Below are positions 1 through 13,075 of a stretch of DNA of 64,000 bases, piece by piece (position 1 is the stretch's first letter; each line of letters opens with the position of its first letter). A program made the translations under genes and the position numbers. Under the pieces are notes generated by a model. The model was not told the DNA's origin and made no database searches. It worked only from the letters and a program-made list of their open reading frames with translations. Source of the DNA: Cycas panzhihuaensis. Its lineage: Eukaryota > Plantae > Cycadophyta. Where the stretch lies: the NCBI GenBank assembly GCA_023213395.1, contig CM041465.1, forward strand, positions 32,433,741 to 32,497,740. The letters run 5' to 3'.

Positions 1-1485
1 TGAATCTGCCTACTCAACCCCATAAAAAATGTTGTGACAGAATTTTAGGTAGTTTTTTTGCCATTTTTGGAGGTGATACAAAAGGAAAAGTTGATGTACG
101 TGTTAAGATAAATCATTTTACATACTAAAATTTAGATTTTGAGACTATGGATCTGACAAGATTCTGCTTTTATGCTTTTTTTTTGGCAAAATATTTTTAT
201 ACCCTTTTAGACATCTAACTTTACTATTTTATCAAGAATGATATTCTAAACACTTTTTTCTTCTATCATACATTTAAATTCCATCATTTAGGCCTCCATA
301 TTTATAATTTTTAGAAACTTTTATTTATTTATTATTATTTGTAACTTTTGTGGAAAAACATCACAAAATATGGTAGAATAACATGCATCTAAATTTAGAA
401 AAATCAACATTTTAGTGGCAAGTTGATCTATTTTTTGGCCCTTTGTGGATTTTGTATTAAAATTTTCAAATATATATTTAGAAACATTGTACTAAAGTAA
501 GGGAAACCTTAGATCAGAAGCAACATCCAATTCCCCTACTAAATCTAGCATGCTCTTTCTATTTCCACATATAGCATAAAGCAACAACAACAATAAAGCA
601 AACATGGAAGGCAAGTAAGCATAATTGACATCTTTCTATTTCAGTTTTCAGTTCAAGTTATTCAGAAACAACTTACATTATTTCCTAAAAGAATCTCATC
701 CGTATGACTTATACCATCAATTCTTGACTTATGCACACACTTGCCTTGGTTGAAATAGACCATGGTTGGCAAAAGGCTGAGCTCTAAGAGAGGTGTAAGT
801 TTCATACTAGGTCTAGTCTTAACTAGAATAGTGGTAAAGGGACATGTTAGCCATTCTTATGGCCTCTAATTAGGGATAATCCTGATAACCACCTAGGAAA
901 ACTGAAAACTTTAATCAAGATTAAAATATACTTAGTCTAATATTCATCATAGCTATAGGATACATATGTACCATTTGACTCTTTAGAGAAGGTATATAAC
1001 TGCTCACTGGTAAACTTAGTGAGGACTGAGAGTAACTAGACTCCACTGCGACTTAGATTTCATCACTAAGTGTAGGTGTAGGTATCGCAGGTAAAGGCCC
1101 TAATACGTATACTAGAACTCCCCCTTAGGTATCAACACCTCAACTACTTTGGACTTAAAATAGAGATTTGGGTTTAATCACACATCCTATATCAGACTTA
1201 GTTTTTTATTTATGTGCACCCACATGCTAACTTCTACATGGGCATAATCTTGATTTTATGATCACATGATATATCATTTATCTTTGTGATCCTTATATTG
1301 CCATTTGTACATATCATCAAACCTTACTATGTCAGGAGTATTTTCCATAAGTATTAGTGGTCTATTATCATTGCCTACTACTTAATCATGTTTCTCTCTA
1401 TTATACTAGGTATATTAACCACACATGTTAGTGGCATTTTCATTTACTATTTCTTAACTATCTCTTTTACTTCATCATCTTTACT

Positions 1486-3180
1486 ATGTCTTCTCAATTT
1501 AACCAGAATGTAAACTACATCTTAAAAGGGAAAGATAATTGGGATCTATGGTATAGTGGAGTCAAGAATATTGATAAGTATAAAGGCCTTTGGAGAGCCT
1601 ATCTATAGCTTACACCTATTATTCTTGTAATAACAATGACACTTGCCTTTAGAGGAATGCCACCTGTAGCTCTAACAAAGCTTGTAGTTAAATTACAATG
1701 GGAAATCGATGATGAGAAGATTCATGTAGGTATTCTATTAGTGACTTATCACTCCCTACATAATCTAATTGATGAAGAACAATTCAATATAGTATGGAAA
1801 GTCCTTGAGGTTCTTAAAAAGAATTTCGATGCAAAGTCTAACCTTGAATTTATTTATCTAGTCTTAAAGATGAGCAAGATGAAGATGTAGAAGGGATGTG
1901 ATAAATATGTAGAAGGGACATGTACATAAAATAATCAACCTCCTTTAACTAATCAAACAAGTAATAGATAAAGATTTTAAGACCCATTATATTACATGGG
2001 CATTCCTTATATAGTCATGTCTACACATATCTAATTATAAGAACTTGCTTGGGTGTCTTTAATCAAGTAGAATATTGAAGACACTTAACTTCAAAGCTCT
2101 TGGAGAAAAATTTATGGAATTTGATAAGACCTTTGATACTAATTTTGCAACTTTAAATCCTCTTCTAGATGTAGCTTTTGATGTGGAAGAAAAAATATGA
2201 TTATTAAAGAATCAGGGTCCCTCTCATGGTAGAGGAAATAACTGAGCAAGGGATAGAGGACAAGGTAGAGTAAATTGGTTACAAGGTGAATATAACCCTT
2301 AACAATAGTAGCCTAGATAGTCTCAGGGATAAGTGCCACCTTTTAATGTAAGGTAGTTAGGCCAAACCAATAATTCAAGAATTAGAAATCAGATTATTAT
2401 GTGTAAAAGGTGCAATAGGAAATGACACCTTACAAAGGATTATCGTATACTTGCATACAAGTTGCCTAAGTTTCAATAAAAATACAAGGCTCATAATGTT
2501 GATGAAACATGTGAAGAATAGTTTGGTGGCATAGGTTTTTCTAAAACACACATTCAAAGAGTTAAGGGAAGAACCATTGATCAAACTAAGAGGTATTTTG
2601 AAGCTCATTGTGGCTATGCCACTTGTGATCTTGAATCACCAATGTAAAACCCTCTTGGAGTTGCAAATAGCATAACTTCAAACACATCCTCATAGATCAT
2701 GGACACATGAGTGATACAGTATATGACTTGCAATTGGGATCTATATCAAACTTTTGATTCCAATGTATATGGTGTCATTCACATGGTTGACAAATCCTAA
2801 TAATTAATCAAAGGTGTTGAAAACATATGCCTGAAACTTCCAAGCTTGAGAGACTTTACATTACTTGATGTCCTATACATTCCTAATCTGAAACAAAACT
2901 TACTCTCCTTATCCACTCTTCTCTCCCATGGATTCAATCTTATTGTTACTATAAATGACCAAACTCTCTAGGTCATTCACCCTCCAATAAATTGAGTGGT
3001 CTTGACTGGAAAGCTTACTAGTAAATTATTTAAGTTGAATGACTCCCCATCTTCTAAAGTTAATTATAATCAAAGCCCTTGTGCTGATGAAGATTTTACT
3101 TTTAATATCACTTTGACACACCCTAAGGTGTCCTTAAAAGCTCTTTGGCATGCTCACATGGGCTATGTTCATATCAATTG
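1486..3180 (+). pseudogene. gag: Copia gag-protease-GAG_pre-integrase relic
   Basis: ATG 1486 gives MSSQFNQNVNYILKGKDNWDLWYSG, a Copia gag N-terminus in frame with ORF 1636-1890. CKRCNRK*HLTKDY knuckle at ~2402-2443, LLDVLYIPNLKQNLLS at ~2861-2908, LWHAHMGYVH at ~3143-3172. Many stops. Confidence 0.8.
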
Positions 3181-4263
3181 ACTTAGAGATCTCTTTTATA
3201 ACCTTCTAGATCTATCCAAGTTCTCTTCTAAGTCCATATCATATGAATTTTGGATCATAAACTATTTTTAGAGAAGTAAGAATTCATTCCATTTAGATAT
3301 TTATTGGTCCTAGTTTAGCATGGTTTATACATCATTAGTTCCTAGAAGAGTCAATATTTCCATTAGTTAAACCTTCTCTAATCCTACCTTTAGACCCAAA
3401 TCCCATTCATACATAATCAACAGAGACCTTTTCAACATGTGTTACTACATCTCCAATAACATGCTCCTACTTTATCTTTCCCTTCATGAGTTATCAAATT
3501 TGGTGCTTCTCAATCCCCAGTTGCTATGGAGGATGAAGGATGAAATACAATCAAAATTTTCACTTAAATGGTTTTCACCTATTTTTGTTCTTATTTCTAA
3601 CTCTTTCTCAAGTAGTTCCCAATGTTTAGAACTTCCCATACTTTGTGGGTACAACATTAGCCAATTTACTCATGATCAGGTCACAACCTAAGATTTCTAA
3701 CTATACTATGTTAATTATTTTTATTTCACTTATTTCATCAATATGGTCTCTAGTACCTGTAAGTATGATCCAATAATTAGAGCTAAAGGGTATTTCTATG
3801 AAAACTTCCATAGAAAATTATCATTTTTTCATAGTTTCTTCACTTTCTATAGCATCCTTTCCATCCCTCCAAATATCTAGTTTCAAATCATCACTTGTTC
3901 ACTCTTTATTCAATAATAGAGCTTACTATCTTTATGGCATCAACTATACAAATTTGTAAAGAGCAAGAACTTCTATCTGGATAGGTGGGCTAGGATGAGG
4001 AAGAATTTAGTGCTTCTTAAGTGACTTAATCAACAAAAAAGAGGAGGTCTAAGCCCTAGGCCTAAACCTAAGACCTAATAAAAGAAGTGTCAAGAAATTC
4101 ACCAATGCAATATAAGGGATTATATAATAAAATATGTGATGAATTAGAGTACATAATGATGATGACATATAGAAGATTAGAGCAGGATAAATGATACATC
4201 ATCTTTTATCTTCTCATTAAGTGCCTCTAGTAAATAATGCAAAGCTATTATAGAGCTCAGGGA

Positions 4264-4615
4264 TGTTAAGACCATGTAATAGCCCCTATCATTTCTAATA
4301 TCTCATGTAATTTATGTACATTATATAATGTATGGTGACCCTTTATTATAATTTAATATTATTGTATAAACCAGTTGGGTCTACCTCATTTACTACTTAG
4401 TTAGCCAATTATATTCATTAAATTATTAACGGATGCTTCTAAATGGAGCCTTATATCATTTCTTTATATATCAGATTGTGATTAATATGGAAGCTTTGCT
4501 CAAATAGAGCTCTACATGGTGACAAATTCACTTGTACTTTGTCCATTTGAATTGTTTTCAACATTTCACTTGTTTTTATTACATATTACTATTATTTTTC
4601 TTAATATTCTTATCA
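4264..4615 (+). repeat. Putative 3' LTR of the Copia relic
   Basis: Starts TGTTAAGA after a purine tract and ends TCTTATCA (imperfect terminal inverted repeat). The partner LTR is not in the window. Confidence 0.5.
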
Positions 4616-4649
4616 AAGCACATGATATTATAGATCTTAAAGTATTTAA

Positions 4650-6600
4650 TATGGGATTCACTATATATATCATATCATCAAAATAGGAATGAGCAACTGG
4701 AAATGCATAACCAAGCTCTTAACTTAGAGTAAATTGAAAATTTTAGCTTTATAGAGTAGACCAAGTAGTCCTTCCATACTTGTTATGTTAGTAAAGCCAA
4801 CTTCCTAGATCTCCTCCCAACATCCTAAGAAGGGTTCCATAAGGAACCAAGTGATAGAAACATGACCATTCCAACTTTAAAATTAATAGGTTGAGGGCTT
4901 CCTATCATAAACCAACACTTATATGCCCTTAAAGCACAAAAAGAATTCCACTCAGATGTCTGTAAATCCACATGTTAATCAAAAAGCTAACCTTTTACTA
5001 TTTGAATCTTGAAGACACACTTATTCCAATTCTAATGAATATCAATAGGCTTATAATTGGTTTAAGAGCCAACCACTCTAATAAATGAATTAGATCTTAG
5101 ATTATAACATAGTTATAGGCCTAATCTAATCAAATGCTTGGACACTACCTTAATCAATATGAATATGTAAATATCCATAGTGTTTAGATCATTGATCCTA
5201 ATCAATATGAATAAAAGGCATAGTGATAGTGATCAAGCCTTGATCCTAATTAATAAGATAGTGATTAGATCATAATTGTGATAGTCTCTATGTTATTCTA
5301 TTACTTCTATCTTGATTTGTCATAGTTTAGATTCGTAGTGATTATATCCTATTATATATATATTCCTTTAACTTTGATGGATCTAAACTTTTCTATTTGA
5401 TTGAATTGAATAAAGGCCCTGTAATCATCCAAGAATTAAGACTTGGTCTAATACTATTTTGAACTAGCTTAATCTCATAGCCATGCCTCATAGGTTAACC
5501 CTATAGAAAAGGGAAGGCAAAAATCCAAGGTTATCCATTTCTTGAGTGTAACAAAGGGAAGGGGATCCCACACTATTAGTTTTACTCCATGTAGTAAAGG
5601 GAAGTAAATTGCCATTGTTCTTGAGTGTAATGAAGGGAAGTAGATCTCACACTATTAGTTTTACTCCATGTAGTAAAGGGAAGGGGTTGACCAATCTTAC
5701 TAATATAGAGATGGCCCACTACCTACTTATAGATTTATATATCCACCTTATCTTTAGGGCATGTTTATATACTATGGGTCATACCACTATTAGTAAGAGT
5801 ATCATGGCTAGGCTCTCAAATCACTTCTATCATTAATAAAGTATGGATCTAACATCTGTCTCATATCCCCCCTCTTTTAGTGTATACATAAACCCATCTT
5901 AGAAGAGTATCCCAGCCCAAGTAGTGGACATGCATCTATTGCTTCTATATTAATATCCATCCTATCTTCTTTCTTCAAGGGAATTTGCATGGTATATATC
6001 TCAGTCTAGTTATTTTGAATAAACTAGCTTTTGAATCTCAAAAAGATTTTATATTGATTAAGATCCCTATATTCTATTAACGAATATTCTCCTATTGATG
6101 AATACATCTGAGGAAGGGAGAGGAGGCATCCCCTTGGACCCAATAAAATCTGATAAGAGCAACTAAAAATAACATGCCCAAAGCTTCACTCAGGTTATAA
6201 TTGAGTGCCACAAAGTAGGTACCTCACTTCACTTCCATGAAATGAATAAAGTGTAATAGGGGTAAATGGGTTAGGCCATTCCTTGAAGTGGTGGCTATCA
6301 TCTTATATCAATATTAGAGGGGTACAGGAAGGAAAACAATTATAATAGGGTGATTCATTGAGGGAGATCTAGGGCCTCTTAATAAATGGATAAAGAGAGT
6401 GACTCTAAAAGGAGCTTTAGGATGAGGGTGGTTCTAGCAGGAGGAGATAAACTTTAAGATTCCCTAAGAAAAAGGAATCACATATAGAAGAATGAAACTT
6501 AAAAAAAAAAGATTCCCTGCTTAGTCCTTTAGGGGTCTAGGGTTTCTTTTTTAGAAAATAATCACCCTGCTATGAGCTCTAAACCTTGGGGGGTTGAGAA
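4650..6600 (-). mobile_element. Highly decayed L1-type LINE ORF1/5' fragment, interrupted at ~5080-5820
   Basis: Minus-strand traces resemble DUF4283 (WACYF*LLLSDFIGSK, ~6130-6180) and a zinc knuckle (VYDRKPSTY*F*SWNGHVSITW, ~4847-4912). Weak. Confidence 0.3.
5535..5683. repeat. 79-bp tandem duplication built of ~40-bp AAAGGGAAG subunits
   Basis: TTCTTGAGTGTAA...CACACTATTAGTTTTACTCCATGTAGTAAAGGGAAG at 5539 and 5618. Confidence 0.85.
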
Positions 6601-6829
6601 AAGTTACCGTAAGGGGTCTATCTTATTGGCTTGAAGAGGAGACTGGCTTATTTATAGTGCTTTCAATGGGTGGAAATGCATACACTATTTGATGGATCAA
6701 CATTAGTATAGTAGTTGAATAAGATATCAATTGATCAATGTGTATCAATGAAGGGTTGATAAAATGCTTAATCCAACTTTGGTTGGACTGATTCATGTAA
6801 AATATGATTATGTGTGTGGAATAGGATGG

Positions 6830-7558
6830 TATTTTGAATAATCATACCTAGCTTATTCACTCTTATCCATTCATTTATGCAATTTATTACTTACTTACTA
6901 GATATATTGAGATATATGAGATGCATACATATCCATGTTAATATGCTATTACATGATGTAATAACCCAAGAGAAATTATAAGCTACTCATGAGATGACTT
7001 TTGATATAAATATATATACACACCATTTAAAAGCTTGAGAAAGAAGATGTATTTATTTTGATACCTAAGAGGAGCTCCCAACTCCACATTCTTAAATGGT
7101 CTTACCTACATTGGGAGCTCCTCTTTAGGTATCAATGGAGTAAGACATTCTTAAATGGTCTTACCTACATTGGGAGCTCCCAATGTATTTAGGTTGTTTA
7201 TAATGAGACTATTCATATAAATATATATACATACCACTTAAAAACTTGAGAGAAGATCAAGAGAGGAAGGACTCATTTAAAGATGTAATTATTTAATATC
7301 TAAAGAGGAGCTTCCAACTCTAACCTTCTCCTATGGTTTTACCACATAGTGTTTTTCACATATAAATATATTGTCTATCTTATGGCAAATAAGTTTTGCA
7401 TTCTTGATCTATTTATACTTTATTGTTCATGTTATTTTTTGATATATTAATCTTATAATGCATGATTTTGTACATTCCTTATGATATGATTCATTAATTA
7501 TACATATTTCATATACTTCTACTGCACATAATGAGTATATTACAATATGGTATCACAA
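6830..7558 (+). mobile_element. Probable LTR remnant with internal duplication/fold-back, followed by a PBS-like sequence
   Basis: TATAAATA boxes, ends ...TTACA, then ATA TGGTATCAC (tRNA-iMet PBS-like) at ~7548. Left boundary uncertain. Confidence 0.35.
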
Positions 7559-7883
7559 TTAAATTTTAAATTTGAATATTATTTTTTATAGTTTATCTTA
7601 ATTCTTTACTTATTAATAGTTTTATTTATCTCATTATAAATCTTTGCCCTATTTCAATTTTTAAATAGAATGTTTTGCATCATTATAAATTTTACAATCT
7701 TGTAACAATGCCCCATTATATATTTCATAACAATACAAACTATGCCAATCATAATGGTATAAATCGCACCATTCTAAAAATAAAAATGGTTTGAGTCATA
7801 CCATTATATAACATTTTCTTTAAAAATTTTATACTTTTTTCATTCTTTTAGCTTCTAGAGTTAATGGCGAATTGTTTAATAGC

Positions 7884-8570
7884 TTGGGACCAATCACCTT
7901 AGGGTGGCTTTATGAGGAGAGATACTAACAACAATTGGTTTTAAGGAGTAACCCTTTCAACCAATTCATAACAAGAGATCTTGTCTACTTGTGAGTTTAG
8001 TACATAGTAAAGGAATTAAACTAATGTAGAGTTTAAAATAGTTTGTATGCATATGTAAGAAATAAGTCTAAATATAATCAACTCAAATTAGACATCAATA
8101 GATCAAGTCTACATACAAAGATATCATGTTTTCTTAGTTTGTATGAATCCAACATAGAATGGATATGCACCCAATCAAACTATATAAGATGAAAAAGGCA
8201 ATTCCTTCTCTCTTTACGTTGTGTTTATTAGATGATTTAAAATAAAAGGGAAACATAAGTAAGCACAAGAGACAAAATAGATCTAGGTGCTTAAGTTGTA
8301 CTTATATTTATCCTGTTGCTTTGTCCTTCTATTTTATTTTCTAGTCTTTTAAATGTATTGAATAGAAAGTGAAAGGGTAAAGAGATGAATAATTAGGCAA
8401 TCATAAATTTTAAGCTCCAAACCTACTTAATCAAATCTTTAATTATCTATTTTTTCCCTATGTAAGTAAACAAAAATGTAAGAAAGAAAGAAAGCAAACT
8501 ATTATTGAATAAAAAATGTTCTTTCACTTTGATTTTTCTTCCTTTCTTTACTTGTTTATGAAATCTTAAA
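7884..8570. repeat. Dispersed ~690-bp repeat, copy 1 (probable Gypsy 5' leader)
   Basis: Colinear with 28650-29337, for example AAGGAATTAAACTAATGTAG...ATAGTTTGTATGCATA and ...TGTTTATGAAATCTTAAA. Confidence 0.85.
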
Positions 8571-9958
8571 TCCAAGAAAAAAAACTATAAGTCTTAAGAT
8601 AAGCAATATGTACCTTATGATAGAGGTTATAGCTAAATAACTTTACTCTTTCTAATTGCTCCTTATGTTGGGATGTTGTTCATTAACAAAGAGAACAAAA
8701 CATAAATATTATAATGATGGATTTAAAGAAGAAGGCTCTCAGATATAAGTCTATAAGTTAATCAATATTACAATAATAAGAATGTAGTATAAAATGAACC
8801 TTGCATGAAAAGAGAAATAAATTTACTTTAAAATCTTTTTCTACTTATCACCCTACCTCCTCTCAAAAGTTTGGTATATATAATTGTAACCCTTGGCAGG
8901 TCCAAACTTATTGAGATTTATTGAATGGAACAAATAGGAATGATATGATTACATTAGAAAATACTATAGTTAAGAATTAAAACTAGTTCAATTCCTAAAA
9001 CTAGCCTCTTAACAACTTAACCAATGTGATAGAAGCTTACAAATCAAAATTACTTTGATTCCAAGCTTTATAACTCAAAGAGACTATTAAAACCAATAGA
9101 TATCAATAGAAATAAAAGTTAAAAATAGCAACAAAAGGCTTTATATATATACATATATATTTAAAGATGAACTTAAAAAAACCATGTATTAACATTAGAA
9201 ACTAGCAACTAATTTAAATAAAGTTACCTTTAATATAAGTAATACAAGTGGACTATGCCTTAAAATGGTTCCTTACTTCTACTTAATATATTACCACCAA
9301 GCCCAAGGAGCCATAAGAATGACAAGATTGATAATAAAGGATATTGAAGGAGAGTAAAATGGACATAGAAAATTAATAGAAACTCTAAAAGACTAATTTT
9401 AGTGGATGATTGAGTGGTTGAGCCTAATAACTAAATAGGAGTTATGATGAATGTATCCCTCTAATCCTCCTAGAAGAATTAATAGTTTCTTATAAAGAAA
9501 GGTCTCTAATCAAGCCCCAAATAGCAAGGAAAAACTATAAAGCATGGTAGAATTTTGGCACCATAACATTACTTAAAAAGCTCTCTCTAAGTTATCTCAA
9601 AGCTCTCAAAAATCCCACAAGCTCCCTTCACTCTAAAAAACCATAGGGATTTGTAGAGACTGAAAAGGAGGAAACATGATAAATCATGTCATAGTTCTTT
9701 ACCATAAATTAAATGATTTCCACCAACAAAATCACTACATAGATAATATTTAGATTATTACAAGGCAATTAGGGAAGGTAAGGCAATGCTATGCCCCAAT
9801 TCTAGGTAGTTGACATTGGGAAAAACATGCAAATTGGCATTTTTTTCATTTTCCTTTTATGAATATGATAGATAAAATTATGACTTTACACTAAAAATAT
9901 GATTGTTACATCTTATTCATAAAGTCACATTTTTTATTAGTTAAAACATAACAAATCC

Positions 9959-10100
9959 ATAAAAAATATAATAAGCTTGATAAAAAAATGTGATAAGTTA
10001 CTAAAAAATGTGATAATCTTGCTAAAAAATGTAATAAATCCATAAAAAATATGATAAGCCTACTCAAAAAATGATATATCCACCAAAAATATAATAATTT
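9959..10100. repeat. Degenerate ~20-21-bp minisatellite (AAAAAATGTGATAAG-like), about 7 units
   Basis: Successive units such as ataaaaaatataataagcttg, ctaaaaaatgtgataatcttg and ataaaaaatatgataagcct. Confidence 0.75.
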
Positions 10101-10829
10101 AAGAAGGCCAAAAAATAACAAAAACATAATATTTTGGCAAAATTGACTTGCCAAAGTTTCCTAAAGGCATTACAGACTCTAGTGAGGATTAGATCACTAC
10201 AAGAAAATGCCAAAAGGTGATAAAAATAAGGCTAAAATTGATTGAAAACCTTAATAGTACTAAAAGAGAAACTAGCTAGAGAAGGAAAAACTTAGATCAA
10301 GGTGGAGTTTATGTTGAGTAGAACCTATATAATGCACCATAGTATCAATCATCAATAAAGATATAATCACCATCATATATAATCCATCATCCAATCATCA
10401 TTCCACAACCAAAAACTACATAATAAAAGATAAATATAAGATCCAACCATGAGATGATTAATCAAAAGTAAAGTAGGGACTAATCACACTATCAAAGAGA
10501 CATCAATACATATGTGAAAGAGATAATCACCAAATGACTTAAGATGAACAACTTGGATATAAACCTAATTATAATAAGAGGATCAATTATAGTAAAACAT
10601 TTTCCCACTTGTCACCAAAATCTCTTGCTTACAATAGAAAGTAAGATAAGGAATGGTGGCAATCTAAAATTGAGATTATGTTTACTTTTGATGTTAAAAT
10701 GAAGGGTAAATTTAGACGAGAGAATTATATATAATGTGGTAGTTATAAAAGTTGTTCCATTGATATGAAACCAGGATGGCTAGAAAGATCCATTTTTAAA
10801 ACTACATCTAGACTTGATTGTGATACTTG

Positions 10830-13075
10830 ACTACCCATCATGTTGATGGGGCTTTAATAAGAGAGTGGTTATCATAGTTTAACCTCTTCAACTCCTATTC
10901 TTAAAGGTAAAGTTGCCATATATTAGCCTCATTAGAATTGCTTCAAAGGGGATTATCACCATAACGTTTCCTCATTAGTGACTATTTCATATGCTTTAAA
11001 TGAGTGAGACTATGATATTTTGAAGGAGGGCACCCACTAGAAGTACATAATAGGGGTTTCCATAGTTTAGGCTTTTTAGAAATTAGATTTTTTAATCAGT
11101 AGTTTACCCTTATTATAGAATGAGATATCCATCATAAGGGGTAGATATGACTACCATAGTTTAGTCTCTTTAGTAGGTAGATTTTTAGGGTCCTAGTTTA
11201 TACTCATTATAGAGTGGTAGCTACCATAATTTAGCCTCATTAGCAATGCTTTAGAGGTATAATTTATCCTCATTATAGAGTGATATCCCCAACTCAAAAG
11301 GAGAAGGTTATAAGTGATGATGTTCTAAGATATAGGAGACCAATGAGTCAACTTTAATATTTTAATCATATAAGACATGTTGAAAGGTAACTGATAAAAA
11401 ATAAAACAATAATGACAAAGCTTGAACATGAAGGGAGTGCAATTAAGGAGAATGAACATGGTAGATACTAATAAGTTGAAGGAATACAACTTGGGAAGTA
11501 GAATAAAGGTCAATAGAACCATGATAAAAGTGTATGCCATCTATTAAGGCTCTTATGATTGTAATTTACTCATCTTTGTTATTGATTTCTTGAGGTAAGA
11601 ACATTCAAATAGAGGTTAAGATATTACCTAGTTGGACATGAATTACCCATGCAATAGCAAATGGTTACAAATTACTCTAATTGTCCCCATCAATATGTAT
11701 GCTTAATGCCATGGTAAGAGATGCCTTAAACCAAAGATAAAGTGGTATATATGGGAAAAGTACAAGAATCACTTATGAGGAAGTGGTTTCTATATAATAG
11801 ATTTGGTTTCAACTATAAAATATGAAAGAGATAGGATCGTGATTATGCTTCATTATCATAATAATATCACCTTAAATACAAATTAAAGTAAAAGACTATA
11901 AAGGTGTCAAATAGGTTTCAATCATAATTGAAGCCACAATGGGCCTAAGTAAATGGATTTAAAGGTCTTGAATGATGCACCTAAATGAACCCAACCTATA
12001 ACAAATATAGGTAGAGATGAAACTATCACATTACTTGCTCTAGATAATAAGAAGGTACAAGAGATAGACCAACTATTTTACTTACATTTTTTAAAACTAT
12101 TAACCATATCATTCCATACAATGGTTTAGATGAGGGTCATGGTGAACTAGGCATTATTGAACCCACTTTCTAAAAGATACTCATTCATTATTTTGATTAC
12201 AATCATTGCATGATTTTTATCAAGACATGATAAAGAGAGATAGGACAAACAATCATAGGTGACTAATGATTGACCTAATCATAAAACATCTTCTTATATT
12301 ACAACAAGGATGGCCTTTTAACAAAACTAAAAAAATAAAAATCATAAACTAAAATCCTCAAAGGCTTAGCCATAGGAAAAGAAAGGGTCTCTCAATCATA
12401 ATATCTCTAAGTGTAAAGGGAAGATAGTAGAATGAGTAACAAACTAAGGAGAATGGTAAGAGGATGTCGAGAACAATAATAAACAAAAGGTTAAATAAGC
12501 ATATACAAAAGGCATACAAATCTATAAAAGATACTTGTAAGTAAGTAAGTCAAAATTCAAAACTAATGAGTGAAAATATGAAAGGATGGGACATCTCACA
12601 CAGTAAAAGAAATTGACTATTTAAGCTCACTTAACTAAGGTTTTGATAATTAGAGTTAAAGTCCTTCCTTCCCTTCTAACTTTATGACTTATAAGAGAAG
12701 AGTAGGAATGCTATGACCAAAATAAGTGAAGTAAAAATGTGTGCTTAGTGACTAATTTTTATGCCTAGAAATGAGGTAGTAGTTTTACATGATTGCTAAG
12801 AGAAATTCATATACAAGAAAATTTTGCACTTAATCTAAAAATGAAGGTAAAAAAGGAGAGAAGTTATAACTATATAGAAGTGATACTTGCAAAGAGAAAG
12901 AAAGAATGACCATATATAGTTTATGCTCATTACATGGTATGGGCTTTTGGAGCCATAGTTTATCATTATTACAAAGTGTTGCCCATTGCATAGGATGGGG
13001 GAATCTACCATAGTTTGAGCTCTTTAGTAGATGAGTTTCTCAAAGCCATAGTTTATACTTATTTTAGAGTTAAGT
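10830..13075. mobile_element. Decayed Gypsy-like region with recurring CTACCATAGTTTAG..CTC(A/T)TTAG motifs
   Basis: The motif recurs at ~10870, 11060, 11150, 11220 and 13005. A weak integrase zinc-finger-like trace (WNDMVNSFKKCK) lies on the minus strand at ~12080-12115. Confidence 0.3.

Larger units (their letters stand above)
1..4615 (+). mobile_element. Degenerate Ty1/Copia LTR retrotransposon, 5'-truncated by the window edge, with most of INT/RT/RH lost or unrecognisable
   Basis: Gag, zinc knuckle, protease-region and GAG-pre-integrase motifs occur in Copia order. A purine tract CAGGGA is followed by a TG...CA-bounded AT-rich segment at 4264-4615. Confidence 0.7.

Noticed and set aside
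8880-9520. Possible very old L1 RT fragment
   Set aside because: Only faint motif echoes. Could not be supported.
9906-10154. 82-aa hydrophobic ORF
   Set aside because: It is the translation of a T-rich strand of a ~21-bp minisatellite. No gene evidence.
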